Of a stretch of 64,000 nt of DNA, positions 31,026-43,830 are shown piece by piece. A model generated the notes under the pieces. That model saw only the letters and a program-made list of their open reading frames with translations, did no database searches and had not been told where the DNA came from. The position numbers and the translations under genes are program-made. How positions within the stretch are numbered: position 1 is the first letter of the stretch; every line of letters starts with the position of its first letter. The DNA lies in the NCBI GenBank assembly GCA_002269645.1, contig NIVC01002131.1, positions 63,836 through 127,835 of the forward strand, written 5' to 3'. This stretch comes from Macrostomum lignano. Lineage: Eukaryota.

Positions 31026-34000
31026 TCAATTCCGGCACATGGGCAGGCCGGACCACTTGAAGAAGGCCGGCACTGTCTTTGCGGGAATGTTCGACCCGAT
31101 GGCCTTCAGCCGGAGGTTCCTGTCGCTGGTCAGCAGCACAATGTCCCTGTGCAGCCTGACGGGCTGGTCTGTGGGCACGAGTAGGTGGGCTAATACTATT
31201 TATATAAGCTTGCTGCATTCGTCTGGAGGCCCTTTATCTCCCAGCCTCATCAAAGCCTGTATCTCCTAGGCTCATCCAAGTCTTCATCTCCCAGCCTCAT
31301 CCAAACATTTATCTTCCAGCCTCATCCAACTCTTTTATCTCCCAGCCTCATCCAACCCTCCATCTCCCAGCCTCATTCAAACCTTCATCTCTCAGCCTCA
31401 TCCAACCCTCCATCTCCCAGCCTCATCCAACCCTCCATCTCCCAGCCTCATTCAAACCTTCATCTCTCAGCCTCATCCAACCCTCCATCTCCCAGCCTCA
31501 TCCAACCCTTCATCTCCCAGCCGACTGGAACCCCAGGTCCGTGACACGTGACGGTCAGCCTTCAGCAGACGGGACGCACTCACCCTTATCCTTAGGCATA
31601 AAGGCGCTAGCCTTGTCCTGGCAGTGGTTCATGCAGCAGGACAGAATGAGGTCGTCGTTCTTAGCCGGCCGGCCGATCACCTCGGACCGGAAAGCGATGG
31701 TGTCCAACGTGCTGCCCTTGGCCGTGACCGCTTTGACCCGGCGCCTGGCTGCTCCGCCTGCCTTGGACTCGAATGCCTCCTCCAGCATGGCAACCGCGGC
31801 TCGAGCCTGGCTGGCAACGTAGCCAGCGTGCTCGCTCGAGTCGCCGTGCTTAGCCAGGTGATCCAATTCGTTGAGCACTACAATTGGCAGAATCAGATTG
31901 TGCTTGCCCATGGCTAGTAGGCTGCGTATCTCGCCCAGGTAGTGAATGTAGCAATTGGTGTCCGGCAGCAGGTTGATCGGCACAATCTCCAGCTCCATGT
32001 AGCGCTGGCCGGACGACTCCAGGGCGGACTGAAGGCGGGGGGAGGCGGGGTTGATTTGAGGGGGTGACAAGTCACGTGACATCTACTGAGACTGGTCACG
32101 TGACGATTACTGAGACTGGTCACGTGACGGCTACTGAGACTGGTCACGTGACGGCTACTGAGACTGGTCACGTGACGATTACTGAGAGTCACGTGACGGC
32201 TACTGAGACTTGTCACGTGACGGCTATTAAGACTAGTCACGTGACGGCTACTGAGACTGGTCACGTGACGGCTATTAAGACTAGTCACGTGACGGCTACT
32301 GAGACTGGTCACGTGACGGCTACTGAGACTGTCACGTGACGGCTACTGAGACTGGCCACGTGACGATTACTAACACAAATGATCACGTGACAGTGTCTAG
32401 CCAGATGGCAAATCACGTGACAGACAGTCCAATTACCTTATAAGCCCGCTGGCGCTCCTGCTGCTCGTCCAGGGCCCGTCGCAGTTCCTGCTTGCGCAGA
32501 CGCAGCTCCCGAATGCCGTCAGCAGCCGCCGACGCGGCCAGCTCGTCGTCGGCCGAAGCGGCACCGGATTCATCCGGCTCATCCTGGATGCCGGCCTCCG
32601 CAAACTCCAGCGACGGCGGTTGCGGCTGCGGCTGTTGGCAATCTTCCATCCGCTCGGAGGCCAGCTTGTCGAGCTGCTGGCTGAAGTAGGCACCGCCGGC
32701 CTCCATGCTGTAGCCGAGCAGGGGCGGCTCCAGGCCGCACAGATAGTCGGCGAACACGGCGCAGGCGTCCAGCCTGATCGAGTCCTCCAGCAGGCGTTCG
32801 CGCACCGACCAGGCTTCGGGCGCGTCCGTCACCGCCGACAGCTCCGCCGGCGCCTGCTTGGCGACGTAGAAAATCGGGGTCCGGTTGAGCATGGGGGTGA
32901 AGCCGTTGGCGAAGACGTCCTCCTGAAGGATCACGTGCAGCCGGCAGCTGCCCGGCGGCGAGATCGGCGGCTTCTTGGACTCCTCAAAGTCCAACAGCTG
33001 GCGGCGAACCTCCGGCCGGTTGGAGAATCGAGCGCAGTCGGTGAACAGGCTGGCCAGGTCCTCCCAGACGTCCAGCTGAGGCTGCAGGTGCGGGTCACGC
33101 TGCAAGGGTGGCGGGTTCCACGCCTCCGGGGACACCTCCATCCAGTCTAGCAGCAGCTTCAGCGAGGACAGGAGCGCCCGGGTGGGCTCCGGCAGGGGAA
33201 GGCAGCCGCCGTTCTTGACGTGTTCCTGCCGGTTGGGGGGAAGGGCGGCGGTGGGTAACGTATTTAACAACAGATGCGCGCATAGATGCCTACTCATAGT
33301 ATCCTGATTGGGCTGCGATGCCAGTCCGATTCGATTCTAATTTGCTGAATTATTGGCTTAATTAGAATGTCCGCCAGGCATGCCGTGTGACGGGCTGTGT
33401 GACAGGGCGTGTGACAGGCTGTGTGATAGATTGCAGTAATCTGTGTGACAGGCTGTGTAATAGATTGCAGTAATCTGTGTGACAGGCTGTGTGATAGATT
33501 GCAGTAATCCGTGTGACAGGCTGTGTGATAGATTGCAGTAATCTGTGTGACAGGCTGTGTGATAGATTGGAGTAATCTGTGTGACAGGCTGTGTGATAGA
33601 TTGGAGTAATCTGTGTGACAGGCTGTGTGATAGATTGGAGTAATCTGTGTGACAGGCTGTGTGATAGATTGGAGTAATCTGTGTGAAGGCTGTGTGATAG
33701 ATTGCAGTAATCTGTGTGAAGGCTGTGTGATAGATTGCAGTAATCTGTGTGACAGGCTGTGTAATAGATTGGAGTAATCTGTGTGACAGGCTGTGTGACA
33801 GGCCGTGAACCCGGTGCAAACTCACAGCCAGCAGGTGCCGGCAGTGCCTAGCCAGCACGGCGGCAAAGTCCAGCGCCAGCCGAACGGCGCTCTCCAACTG
33901 CACAGATCTGTACTGGGCCGCTCCTGGCGGTCCCTGGCGGGCGGCCCAGCTGGCGGAGAACACGCAGCCGGCCGCCAGTTGAAGTAGCCGCTCAGCCGGC

Positions 34001-36773
34001 GGCTCGTGGCGCAGCCAGGCTGCCAGCTCAAGCAGAGTCTGCGAGCAGGCCTCCTGGAAGCTCTCCATGCCGATGCGGGTGAACAGCTTGCCGTGGCAGT
34101 GCAGGTAGCTGGCCGTGAATGCCGTGTTGATCTCAATGAAGGACAGCTGGTCCAGGTCCTCCTCTTGTTCGACGTCCTCTTCGTCAGAGTTGAGCAGGCC
34201 GGAGCTGAGCTGGCGGCCGGCGCCGGACACCGGCACCCAGACTTCGACGCGGCAGCGCCGGTTCGGCTGTTGAAGCGCCCGGAGGCCGCCGCTGCTGAGC
34301 GACGGCCCGGAAGAGCCGGCGTTCTTCGCCCGCTGACGCTTGCTGCGCTCCGCTTCTCTCTGCCGCCAGGCCGCCTCGGCGCGGCGTCTGGCCTCTTCAA
34401 ATAGCTGGGCCAGGTACTGGCGGGACAGGTCCACCGGGTGGCTGGCGGCCAGCGACCGCATGTAGTAGTACACCGCGTCTAGCCGGCGCTTCTGCCGGGG
34501 CGGCGGCGGGGGGTTCTTCAGGTGGGGCGGTGCTTCAGGTGGGGCGGTGCTTCAGGTGGGGCGGTTCTTCAGGTGGGGCGGTGCTTCAGGTGGGGCGGTG
34601 CTTCAGGTGGGGCGGTGCTTCAGGTGGGGCGGTTCTTCAGGTGGGGCGGTGCTTCAGGTGGGGCGGTTCTTCAGGTGGGGCGGTTCTTCAGGTAGGGGCG
34701 GTTCTTCAGGTGGGGCGGTTCTTCAGGTGGGGCGGTTCTTCAGGTGGGGCGGTTCTTCAGGTGGGGCGGTGCTTCAGGTGGGGCGGTTCTTCAGGTGGGG
34801 CGGTTCTTCAGGTGGGGTGGTGCTTCAGGTGGAGCGGTTCTTCAGGTGGGGCGGTTCTTCGGGTAGGGGAGGGAGTTCTTTAGGTAGGGCGGTGCTTCAG
34901 ATGAGGCGGTGCTTCAGTTGGGGCGGTTCTTCAGGTGGGGCGGTTCTTCAGGTGGGGCGGTTCTTTAGGTGGGGCAGTTCTTCAGGTGGAGCGGTTCTTC
35001 AGGTGGGGCGGCTCTTCAGGTAGGGGTGGTTCTTCAGGTGGGCGATTCTTCAGGTAGGGGAGGGAGTTCTTCAGGTAGGGCGGTGCTTCAGGTGGGGCGA
35101 TTTTTCAGGTGAGGTGATAGTTCAGGCATGAAAATTCTTAAGATGAAAACTTAATTCCTCTCAGGGACAGGGCAGTTCCGCTACTCTTTCAAGCGAAGCG
35201 ATTATTGATTAGCGGATGAAAATTCTTAACATAAAGAAGATTCAAAGTCGGATTGATTGATCTCATGGAAAGTCATCTAATTGGAACTCAAAAAGAGTCA
35301 ATGAATTAAAGAAAACTCACTGTTGCATTAGCCAGCACAGCCAGCTGATGGTAGGTCCGACCATTCTTGGGCTCCAGCGCCACAGCCTTCAAGTACCAGC
35401 TGGGTAAGTTGAAGAGGGTTGAAGAGGGAAGAGAAATAATCATTTCTAGAATCAATTCTTAGTATATGGGATTAGTATATGGGATTACCTTGAATCATTC
35501 ACCTGAGTGTTGCCAAGGGACACTCACAAAATTGGCTTAGAAACATTTCTAAGATTTTTTAATACTTTTTAAAAACATTCCTACGATAATAAATATTTTG
35601 TAGAAACATTTCCATACCATATTTCTTAGAAACATTTCCATTCGATATTTCTTAGAAACATTTCCATTCGATATTTCTTAGAAACATTTCCATGCCATAT
35701 TTCTTAGAAACATTTCCATTCGATATTTCTTAGAAACATTTCCAGACGATATTTCTTAGAAACATTTCCAGACGATATTTCTTAGAAACATTTCCATACC
35801 ATATTTCTTAGAAACATTTCCATACGATATTTCTTAGAAACATTTCCATACGATATTTCTTAGAAACATTTCCATACGATATTTCTTAGAAACATTTCCA
35901 GACGATATTTCTTAGAAACATTCTCATGATAACAATTCATTGCTTAGAAACACTCGTACGATAATTCATTCTAAGAATCTTTTACACTAACACTCAAAAA
36001 ACTGAAAAAGAAATCTTAGAAAAATGAACTCAACGATTTTACTTTCAAACTAAAATACATCTATTTCGTAGAATAATTCACAGGAGCACCCAGCTCACCT
36101 TCTAGCTTCGCTATAGTCGGCGCCACCGGAGAAGACCTCTCTGTAGCGGAGCAAATCACCAATGTTGAGGTAGAGCCGCTGGATGAGCAGCAGGCCGAGC
36201 CGCTGCCAGCGGGTGCACCTCACCGCAGGCGGCAGGAAGCCGATGCGGAGCGGCAGCTCAACCGGCAGTTCGTGCTCGGCGGCCAACTGGTCAGCAAGTT
36301 GTTGCAGAAATTGCCAGCCAGACTCGATCATGTCCAGCGCCAGTTCCCGGCCACGCTCGGCCAGTCGCTCCGGCTGATCCGGCCCGGACATCTGGCGTAG
36401 CTGTTCAACAATTGCGTGAAACCCTGAGCGCCACATTCTCTGGTCTAGGGCCGGCTGCGGGCCTGAGTTCGATTCCTGCCAGCCGGCACCTGCCCGCAGG
36501 GCGTCGGCGCACCTGTGCAGCAGGTCGAGCCGGGGGCGTTGGACCAGGCCCCACCACACCTGCGGGTCCATGCTGGGAGCCCACTGCTGGACCAGCCTAT
36601 CCAGCTCGGAGTCCAGCTGGCAAACCTGCTCAATGTGCTCGGCTGCGGCTTGGGACTCCTCTGACTGCATGGCCGGCTGCGGCTGCGCGTGATGCGACTG
36701 TGGCCGCACTACCACTATGGGGACCTGGGCGTGTGCGGAAGGGGTGGCCGATAGCAATGACAGACAGACAGAC

Positions 36774-36818
<45 letters not shown>

Positions 36819-39800
36819 CGAAAAGAACTTTAGTCAGCATAATTAGTATAGGAAAATATGACACAACCCGATTTCCTTATGGTGAAATACATAGCAAGTA
36901 CAGGCCCAGAAAAATGGCAAAGTCTGAAATTCCATGTGCACGCAGACTTAGTTTTACGAAATGAATAGTGGCTTAATTAGACACACCACTTCAGACATAT
37001 AAACCTGATATTTGCGTATAACTTTACGCATTCAAATTAACTTCTTTTAAAGCAGTATTATATTTCAATTCGATACAAACACGATTTTTACACAAGTTAA
37101 TAAAATTAGCCAGTTTACAAATATTTTGGCAGCTCTTTTAAAACAAAATTGCGTAATTTAACATCCAAGCATTGAAATGTCCAAGTATCCAAGTATCGAA
37201 TCCGATCCGGTCCAATCCGATTAACAAGACAAGGGTGCAAACTAGTCTCCGGTGTGTCCGATCCGGTCCAATCCGATTAACAAGACAAGGGTGCAAACTA
37301 GTCTCCGGTGTGTCCGATCCGGTCCAATCCGATTAACAAGACAAGGGTGCAAACTAGTCTCCGGTGTGTCCGATCCGGTCCAATCCGATTAACAAGACAA
37401 GGGTGCAAACTAGTCTCCGGTGTGTCCGATCCGGTCCAATCCGATTAACAAGACAAGGGTGCAAACTAGTCTCCGGTGTGTCCGATCCGGTCCAATCCGA
37501 TTAACAAGACAAGGGTGCAAACTAGTCTCCGGTGTCCGATCCGGTCCAATCCGATTAACAAGACAAGGGTGCAAACTAGTCTCCGGTGTGTCCGATCCGG
37601 TCCAATCCGATTAACAAGACAAGGGTGCAAACTAGTCTCCGGTGTGTCCGATCCGGTCCAATCCGATTAACAAGACAAGGGTGCAAACTAGTATCCGGTG
37701 TGTCCGATCCGGTCCAATCCGATTAACAAGACAAGGGTGCAAACTAGTCTCCGGTGTGTCCGATCCGGTCCAATCCGATTAACAAGACAAGGGTGCAAAC
37801 TAGTCTCCGGTGTCCGATCCGGTCCAATCCGATTAACAAGACAAGGGTGCAAACTAGTCTCCGGTGTGTCCGATCCGGTCCAATCCGATTAACAAGACAA
37901 GGGTGCAAACTAGTCTCCGGTGTGTCCGATCCGGTCCAATCTGATTAACAAGACAAGGGTGCAAACTAGTCTCCGGTGTGTCCGATCCGGTCCAATCCGA
38001 TTAACAAGACAAGGGTGCAAACTAGTCTCCGGTGTGTCCGATCCGGTCCAATCCGATTAACAAGACAAGGGTGCAAACTAGTCTCCGGTGTGTCCGATCC
38101 GGTCCAATCCGATTAACAAGACAAGGGTGCAAACTAGTCTCCGGTGTGTCCGATCCGGTCCAATCCGATTAACAAGACAAGGGTGCAAACTAGTCTCCGG
38201 TGTGTCCGATCCGGTCCAATCCGATTAACAAGACAAGGGTGCAAACTAGTCTCCGGTGTGTCCGATCCGGTCCAATCCGATTAACAAGACAAGGGTGCAA
38301 ACTAGTCTCCGGTGTTTCCGATCCGGTCCAATCCGATTAACAAGACAAGGGTGCAAGCAGTTTTATTTACTTGATTTTATTTTAGAGTTCTAAACCAGCG
38401 ACAACTTGTGTTTTCGCGCATGCAGTGCATTCGTTCTCGAAAGCAGAAAGTATTTTTGATGAGCTTTTGTATGAGCTTTTTTTATAATAAGCGTTCCTGG
38501 ACAACTCCAACAGATTCGTTGCCTTTTTACATTGGCGTTTGGATGATTAACAATACTATGCAAAAAATGCTCTCTCTCTCTTGTATAAAGCAACCTATTT
38601 ACTTATTTTTTATGGTGTGTAATGCTAGTAGGATGATTTTTCTTGTCGATTTCATTCATACATTTGGTGTACATTCATTTAAATTGTATGTAATTTTAGT
38701 ACCTTTTTGTGTTCAATTTTTGAGAGTGTAAGTTTTATAGCTATATTGGTATTCTTTCTCAAAATGCAAAAAAACTTGTGTTTGTAGACGTAGATGATGT
38801 AGTTGCTGACGTTCATGTTCTAGGAAAAACTTTTGCTTTTTTAAATCACTTTCAGCTACAAGAATTGGTGACATGGATCAAGTGCAACATCTACCGATTA
38901 GTCAGAGACAGAGCAGTCTACGACATTTGATCGAAAACTTTGATCGAGCTTGTGCTTGGTTTGGGGATGATTCCAATCCGTCAAACTGTCGGATCAACTG
39001 GGTATGATTTGTCTTCGGCTACAGAGGGCATCATACCAGCCTACGAATCCCGCTGGTATTCGAACGGGCATCTTAAAGTTCGAATACCAGCGGGTACATA
39101 CGGGAGGATAGCAGGCCGATCTAGCCTAGCTCTACGCGGCATCTTTATCGGTGGAGGTGTTTTTGATCCGGACTATACTGGCAAGATATGCATAGTTTTG
39201 TTCAATTACAATTCCGAAGATTTTCCTACTATGCCGATCTTCGGATTGCGTAGTTGATCTTGGCGCAAGTGTATGTGATGGAGGACGCTTTTGAAGTCAC
39301 ACATGGCCACCTTCTTACCATGTGAATATTATTCGTTAACCTTCATTGTGGCACAATGGTATGCAGACTCAGACTTTATAGCAAGCGATTGTTGTGGTAC
39401 ATGCTCGAGGACGTAGTAACATGCGGTAGTAAAAACCGGATTCGTGTCCGAGCATCTCTGAGAGCTCCGAACATTTTCGGATCTTGTATTTATAGCAAGC
39501 ATTGCATGTTGTTTGTGTCAGTAAAACATTTTAATTGTTGCTTGTTGATTAAGGCATAGTTGAAAATTTTATAATTCTTCAGGTCAGGTTAATTAAGTCT
39601 CATTTAACGCTTATGGTTGATATTTTACACAGCTAAATCACTGTTGAGGCAATGAAAAATCAGTTATTACTAGATCGATGAGAGTTGGAGATATGTTCCC
39701 TATGGTGGAACATTTTCCGCACATCCAACAAACGCACTTTCTGTAATTCGATGTTATAACTGATTAACTTTCGTGCTCAACATCCTCAACTACATTGTGC

Positions 39801-41173
39801 TTAGGATTTGTGAGGGCATTGTGGGGTTGTAGCCTAGTGGTTAGAGAATCGGACTCACGACCGAAAGGTCGGGGGTTCGAATCCTGATCCCACTAGGTAC
39901 TTAAGAATGGACAAATTATATTTTCTTTAAAGAAGGTGATAATGATCAAAATGTTTTTAAGCAAATTTAACTTGAATAGATGTACTATTTTCCTATAGTA
40001 CAAGCATTAACTCACCTGGCGCCCATCTTTGGGCCCTCGGTGCATGGCGTCGCGCCGCAGAGTCTCGGGCAAACGAATGAGACCGCCAGTGTGCGGCTGC
40101 TGCTGCTGCTGTTGAAGCTGACCACCGGCACCGGATTCCGCATCCGGCTGTTGATGAAGATGCTGCGGGCCCATCGGGTCCTGGCCTGGATTCAACACAG
40201 ACTGCGGCGGCTGCTGCTGCTGCTGAGGCATGCGAGGCGACGGCAGGGCAACCACGGGATCCTTGGCCGGGTCGTACAGACGAGCGTCCGGTCGGAGCAC
40301 CTCACCCCGGTCGAACTCGGCCTCGGAGAAGCTGTCCGAGAAGCCGCCGCGACCGCCGCCGCCGCGCGAGGACTCGGAGCAGCGCTTCTCCCGCCTGCCT
40401 GAACCGCCGCCGGCGCCTCCGCCCCTGGGCCGGTAATTGTAACTGGGCTGCGGCTGCGGCAGCGGAGGCGGAGGCGGAGGCGGCGGCTGATGAGGCAGTG
40501 GCGGATGCTGGTCAGCCTCCTGCGGTTCCCACATCTCGTCGTCGGCAAAAAATTCGACAACCGCATCGGCATCGCCAACTGTTTGAAACTGCTTCTTCTG
40601 ATGCGGCTGTTGCTGTTGCTGCTTTTGCAGCTTATTTCCGCTGCGCCGGTTTCTTCTCCGACCTCCGCCCCCGCTTCCGCCCCTGCCTCCGCCCCGCCTT
40701 CGCCAGCAGTATTGCCAGCCTGAAGCTGCGGATCTTGCGGCGATGGCTGCTTTTTTACTGCCTGTTGCTGCTGCTGCTGCTTCGGTTGTTGCTGCGCTTG
40801 AGGATTGGGCTGTTTCTGCTGCTTTTTCTGTTGCGGCGGTTGTTGCTGTTGCTGCTGCTGCTGCTGAGACTGGCCAGCGCTGTGCCCGCCCTTGCGACGG
40901 CTTTTGTTATAAAAAGTGCGCCCGCCACCAGCTGACAGCGCGGCAGCCTTGCCGACAGCGTCCGCGTCTGCCGCACTTGCGGCGGCGCCTTCCGTCCTGC
41001 CACTGCCTCCTCCGCCGCCTCCTCTGCCTCCACCGCCGCCGCCGCCGCCGCCGCCGCCGCTGCCGCTACCAACACGGTCGCTGCGACTGATTGGCGGCGG
41101 TCGATAGATCTGCTGATCTGGATGTCGCTGCTGCCTGCTGCCAGTGCCTTCCATTGACACTCTTGGTGGCTGA
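31026..41173 (-). CDS. SMG6: SMG6/EST1A NMD endonuclease; exons 41173-40016, 36724-36099, 35399-35321, 34491-33826, 33225-32437, 32028-31584, 31168-31026 (possible first exon ending at 41977)
   Basis: EBM-like RHPDQQIYRPP. 14-3-3-like EST1 domain: LYLNIGDLLRYRE..YSEARSWYLKA..PKNGRTYHQLAVLA..KRRLDAVYYYMRSLAASHP. PIN domain: LLPDTNCYI, PIVVLNELD, KNDDLILSCC, VLLTSDRNLRLKA. Phases are consistent. One frameshift in a G run near 40640-40700. Confidence 0.93.
31255..31520. repeat. 25-bp minisatellite (CATCTCCCAGCCTCATCCAACCCTC)n in the last SMG6 intron
   Basis: Read directly. Confidence 0.9.
32071..32421. repeat. 24-bp minisatellite built on the palindrome GTCACGTGAC, in a SMG6 intron
   Basis: 12 perfect GTCACGTGAC copies plus 3 near-perfect ones. 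Confidence 0.93.
33385..33800. repeat. 34-bp minisatellite (GTGTGATAGATTGCAGTAATCTGTGTGACAGGCT)n, SMG6 intron
   Basis: Read directly. Confidence 0.92.
34515..35105. repeat. 17-bp minisatellite (CTTCAGGTGGGGCGGTT)n, SMG6 intron
   Basis: Read directly. Confidence 0.92.
35595..35930. repeat. 26-bp AT-rich minisatellite (ATTTCTTAGAAACATTTCCATTCGAT)n, SMG6 intron
   Basis: Read directly. Confidence 0.9.
37198..38356. repeat. 56-bp tandem repeat (TGTGTCCGATCCGGTCCAATCCGATTAACAAGACAAGGGTGCAAACTAGTCTCCGG), about 20 copies, SMG6 intron
   Basis: Read directly. Confidence 0.95.
38764..38930 (+). pseudogene. Short fragment with a HAD-superfamily motif I (5'(3')-deoxyribonucleotidase-like)
   Basis: With one A added to the A7 run: MQKKLVFVDVDDVVADVHVLGKTF...*. 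The hhhhDxDxhhxD pattern fits HAD motif I, but only about 55 codons are present. Confidence 0.35.
38940..39290 (+). pseudogene. dut: Intronless trimeric dUTPase pseudogene inside a SMG6 intron
   Basis: Motif I GSTGYDL, motif II GRIAGRSSLA, motif III GGGVFDPDYTG. Motif IV reads RIA*LI in a shifted frame (Q codon changed to TAG). Motif V is missing. Confidence 0.8.
39823..39893 (+). repeat. tRNA-derived SINE head or tRNA pseudogene (Val CAC-like loop)
   Basis: A box TAGCCTAGTGG and B box GGTTCGAATCC; TCGG/CCGA anticodon stem around an 8-nt spacer; the T stem has extra Gs, so not a functional tRNA. Confidence 0.65.
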
Positions 41174-41225
41174 CTGGAAGGGCGGATCAGCTTAATTAAT
41201 GCAAACAGACTGCGCGTTTATCAAA

Positions 41226-41655
41226 ACCACTGATTCCATGGTCTATCCCACTGATTCCACAGTCTATCCCACTGATTCCACAGTCTATCCCACTGATTCC
41301 ATGGTCTATCCCACTGATTCCACAGTCTATCCCACTGATTCCACAGTCTATCCCACTGATTCCATGGTCTATCCCACTGATTCCACAGTCTATCCCACTG
41401 ATTCCACAGTCTATCCCACTGATTCCACAGTCTATCCCACTGATTCCATGGTCTATCCCACTGATTGCATGGTCTATCCCACTGATTCCACAGTCTATCC
41501 CACTGATTCCATGGTCTATCCCACTGATTGCATGGTCTATCCCACTGATTCCACAGTCTATCCCACTGATTCCACAGTCTATCCCACTGATTCCACAGTC
41601 TATCCCACTGATTCCACAGTCTATCCCACTGATTCCACAGTCTATCCCACTGATT
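41226..41655. repeat. 21-bp minisatellite (CCACTGATTCCACAGTCTATC)n
   Basis: Read directly. Confidence 0.93.
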
Positions 41656-42300
41656 TCGACAACCTACAAGCGGCGAATAAAGAAAGATTTAAGAGAAGTC
41701 GCTAGGTACACACTATAAACGCGACAATCAACCGACAAACAAATAATCGCGAAGCTCCAAAACTGAACTGGTATTGAATAATTGTGTTCCAAAATTAACT
41801 CTTTAAAAAAACGCAGGTCTGTTAACAAAAAAGCTCTTTAAAAACACAGTTTAGGGGGATAAAGTATAAGCCAGGGGCTTGCAGCTGAGCTTCACACATA
41901 TATTACAGACAACAGACACTCTCTAGTACATACAAGGACAGAATACCGAAATTGCAATAGGAAAAATTGCACTTACACAGAACGCCACCGCCGACTATAC
42001 ATCGAACGCGATTTGAGTTTTTTTGTAATTTATTCTGAAGCAACAACGTAGAAAAAGAGAAAAAGACAAAAAACTGCCGACAAAGAATGAACAAAGAGCT
42101 GATAAAAGTGGAGCGCTGCACTGACACGGGCTGTGCGGTGGGCGCGAGGCAAGGACTAGACAGGGGGGCCGCAAATCGGGCTGGGATCACAGAGTACCGA
42201 TACAAAACTCTCGTGAGATTGCCATTTGCTGCTAACAGCTGTGTACAAGTGTTCAGAGAGCGACTACAAAACTGATGCGAAACAAACGGGTCCACAGTCT

Positions 42301-42347
42301 GACACAGACAGACAGACACACACACAGACAGACACACAGACAGACAC

Positions 42348-42390
<43 letters not shown>

Positions 42391-42391
42391 C

Positions 42392-42422
<31 letters not shown>

Positions 42423-42423
42423 C

Positions 42424-42470
<47 letters not shown>

Positions 42471-42667
42471 CACAGACAGACAGACACACACACAGACAGA
42501 CAGACAGACAGACACACAGACAGACAGACACACAGACAGACACACAGACAGACAGACACACAGACAGACAGACAGACAGACAGACACACAGACAGACACA
42601 CAGACAGACAGACAGACACACAGACAGACAGACAGACAGACGGACAGACAGACAGACACACACACAC

Positions 42668-42698
<31 letters not shown>

Positions 42699-42815
42699 CA
42701 TAGACAGACAGACACATAGACAGACAGACACACAGACAGACAGACACACAGACAGACAGACACACACACAGACAGACAGACAGACAGACAGACACACAGA
42801 CAGACAGACAGACAC

Positions 42816-42866
<51 letters not shown>

Positions 42867-42935
42867 CACAGACAGACAGACAGACACACAGACAGACAGA
42901 CAGACAGACGGACAGACAGACAGACACACACACAC

Positions 42936-42966
<31 letters not shown>

Positions 42967-43083
42967 CATAGACAGACAGACACATAGACAGACAGACACA
43001 CAGACAGACAGACACACAGACAGACAGACACACACACAGACAGACAGACAGACAGACAGACACACAGACAGACAGACAGACAC

Positions 43084-43130
<47 letters not shown>

Positions 43131-43163
43131 CACAGACAGACAGACAGACACACAGACAGACAG
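42301..43163. repeat. Compound (CAGA)n/(CA)n microsatellite between SMG6 and NF1
   Basis: Read directly. Confidence 0.96.
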
Positions 43164-43830
43164 AAAAACACAGGCAGTATAGCTGCTTGATGAAGCCAGT
43201 TCAGTGACAGAAACGCAGCATTGCACTCAGGGCCACAAGGTGAATGCAGCAAAGAAATTGAGGCAACAGTCAATTAGGAAAAATCAATAACAAACAAAAC
43301 AATAAAAAATGCAGAAAACTTTTCTGGGTTAAAGCAAACAACAAAACGGCAAAAAAACATGTCACAGTCAATGAAATGAGGGCAAAAAATTGTGCGAATA
43401 AAAATGATAAACTTGACGATTTTAATACCTCATTATCAACAGCAGATTAATATCTAGATAATCGACAGAAGCTCAATAAATAAAAATAGGTTAAAAACGA
43501 AAAGCCGCATTTCAGACACAACACTGGCATTGGCGCAGGCAAGAAACACAACAAAATAATTTGAAACACTGGGGTGAAACACACAATTAATTGGCGCTGC
43601 GCATTCAAGCTACTTAAAGTAGTGTGCAGATTAGCACGATTTTGACGCTGTCAGTATAGCAAAAATATCGAAAAACGCTAATCAGACTACTGAGATGAAA
43701 TTTTCGCTCTCGATATTAAAAAAAGCCAATCGAACTATTCTACTTAGGCAGTAGCTTGAGTGCTTTTTATTATTATAATTGTTTTTTTTACCAATAAATT
43801 GTGCGCAAATTTCTCCAAAAAAACAAAATT

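Noticed and set aside
39823-39893. Functional tRNA-Val gene
   Set aside because: The anticodon arm is one base short and the T stem mispairs; better treated as a SINE head or pseudogene.
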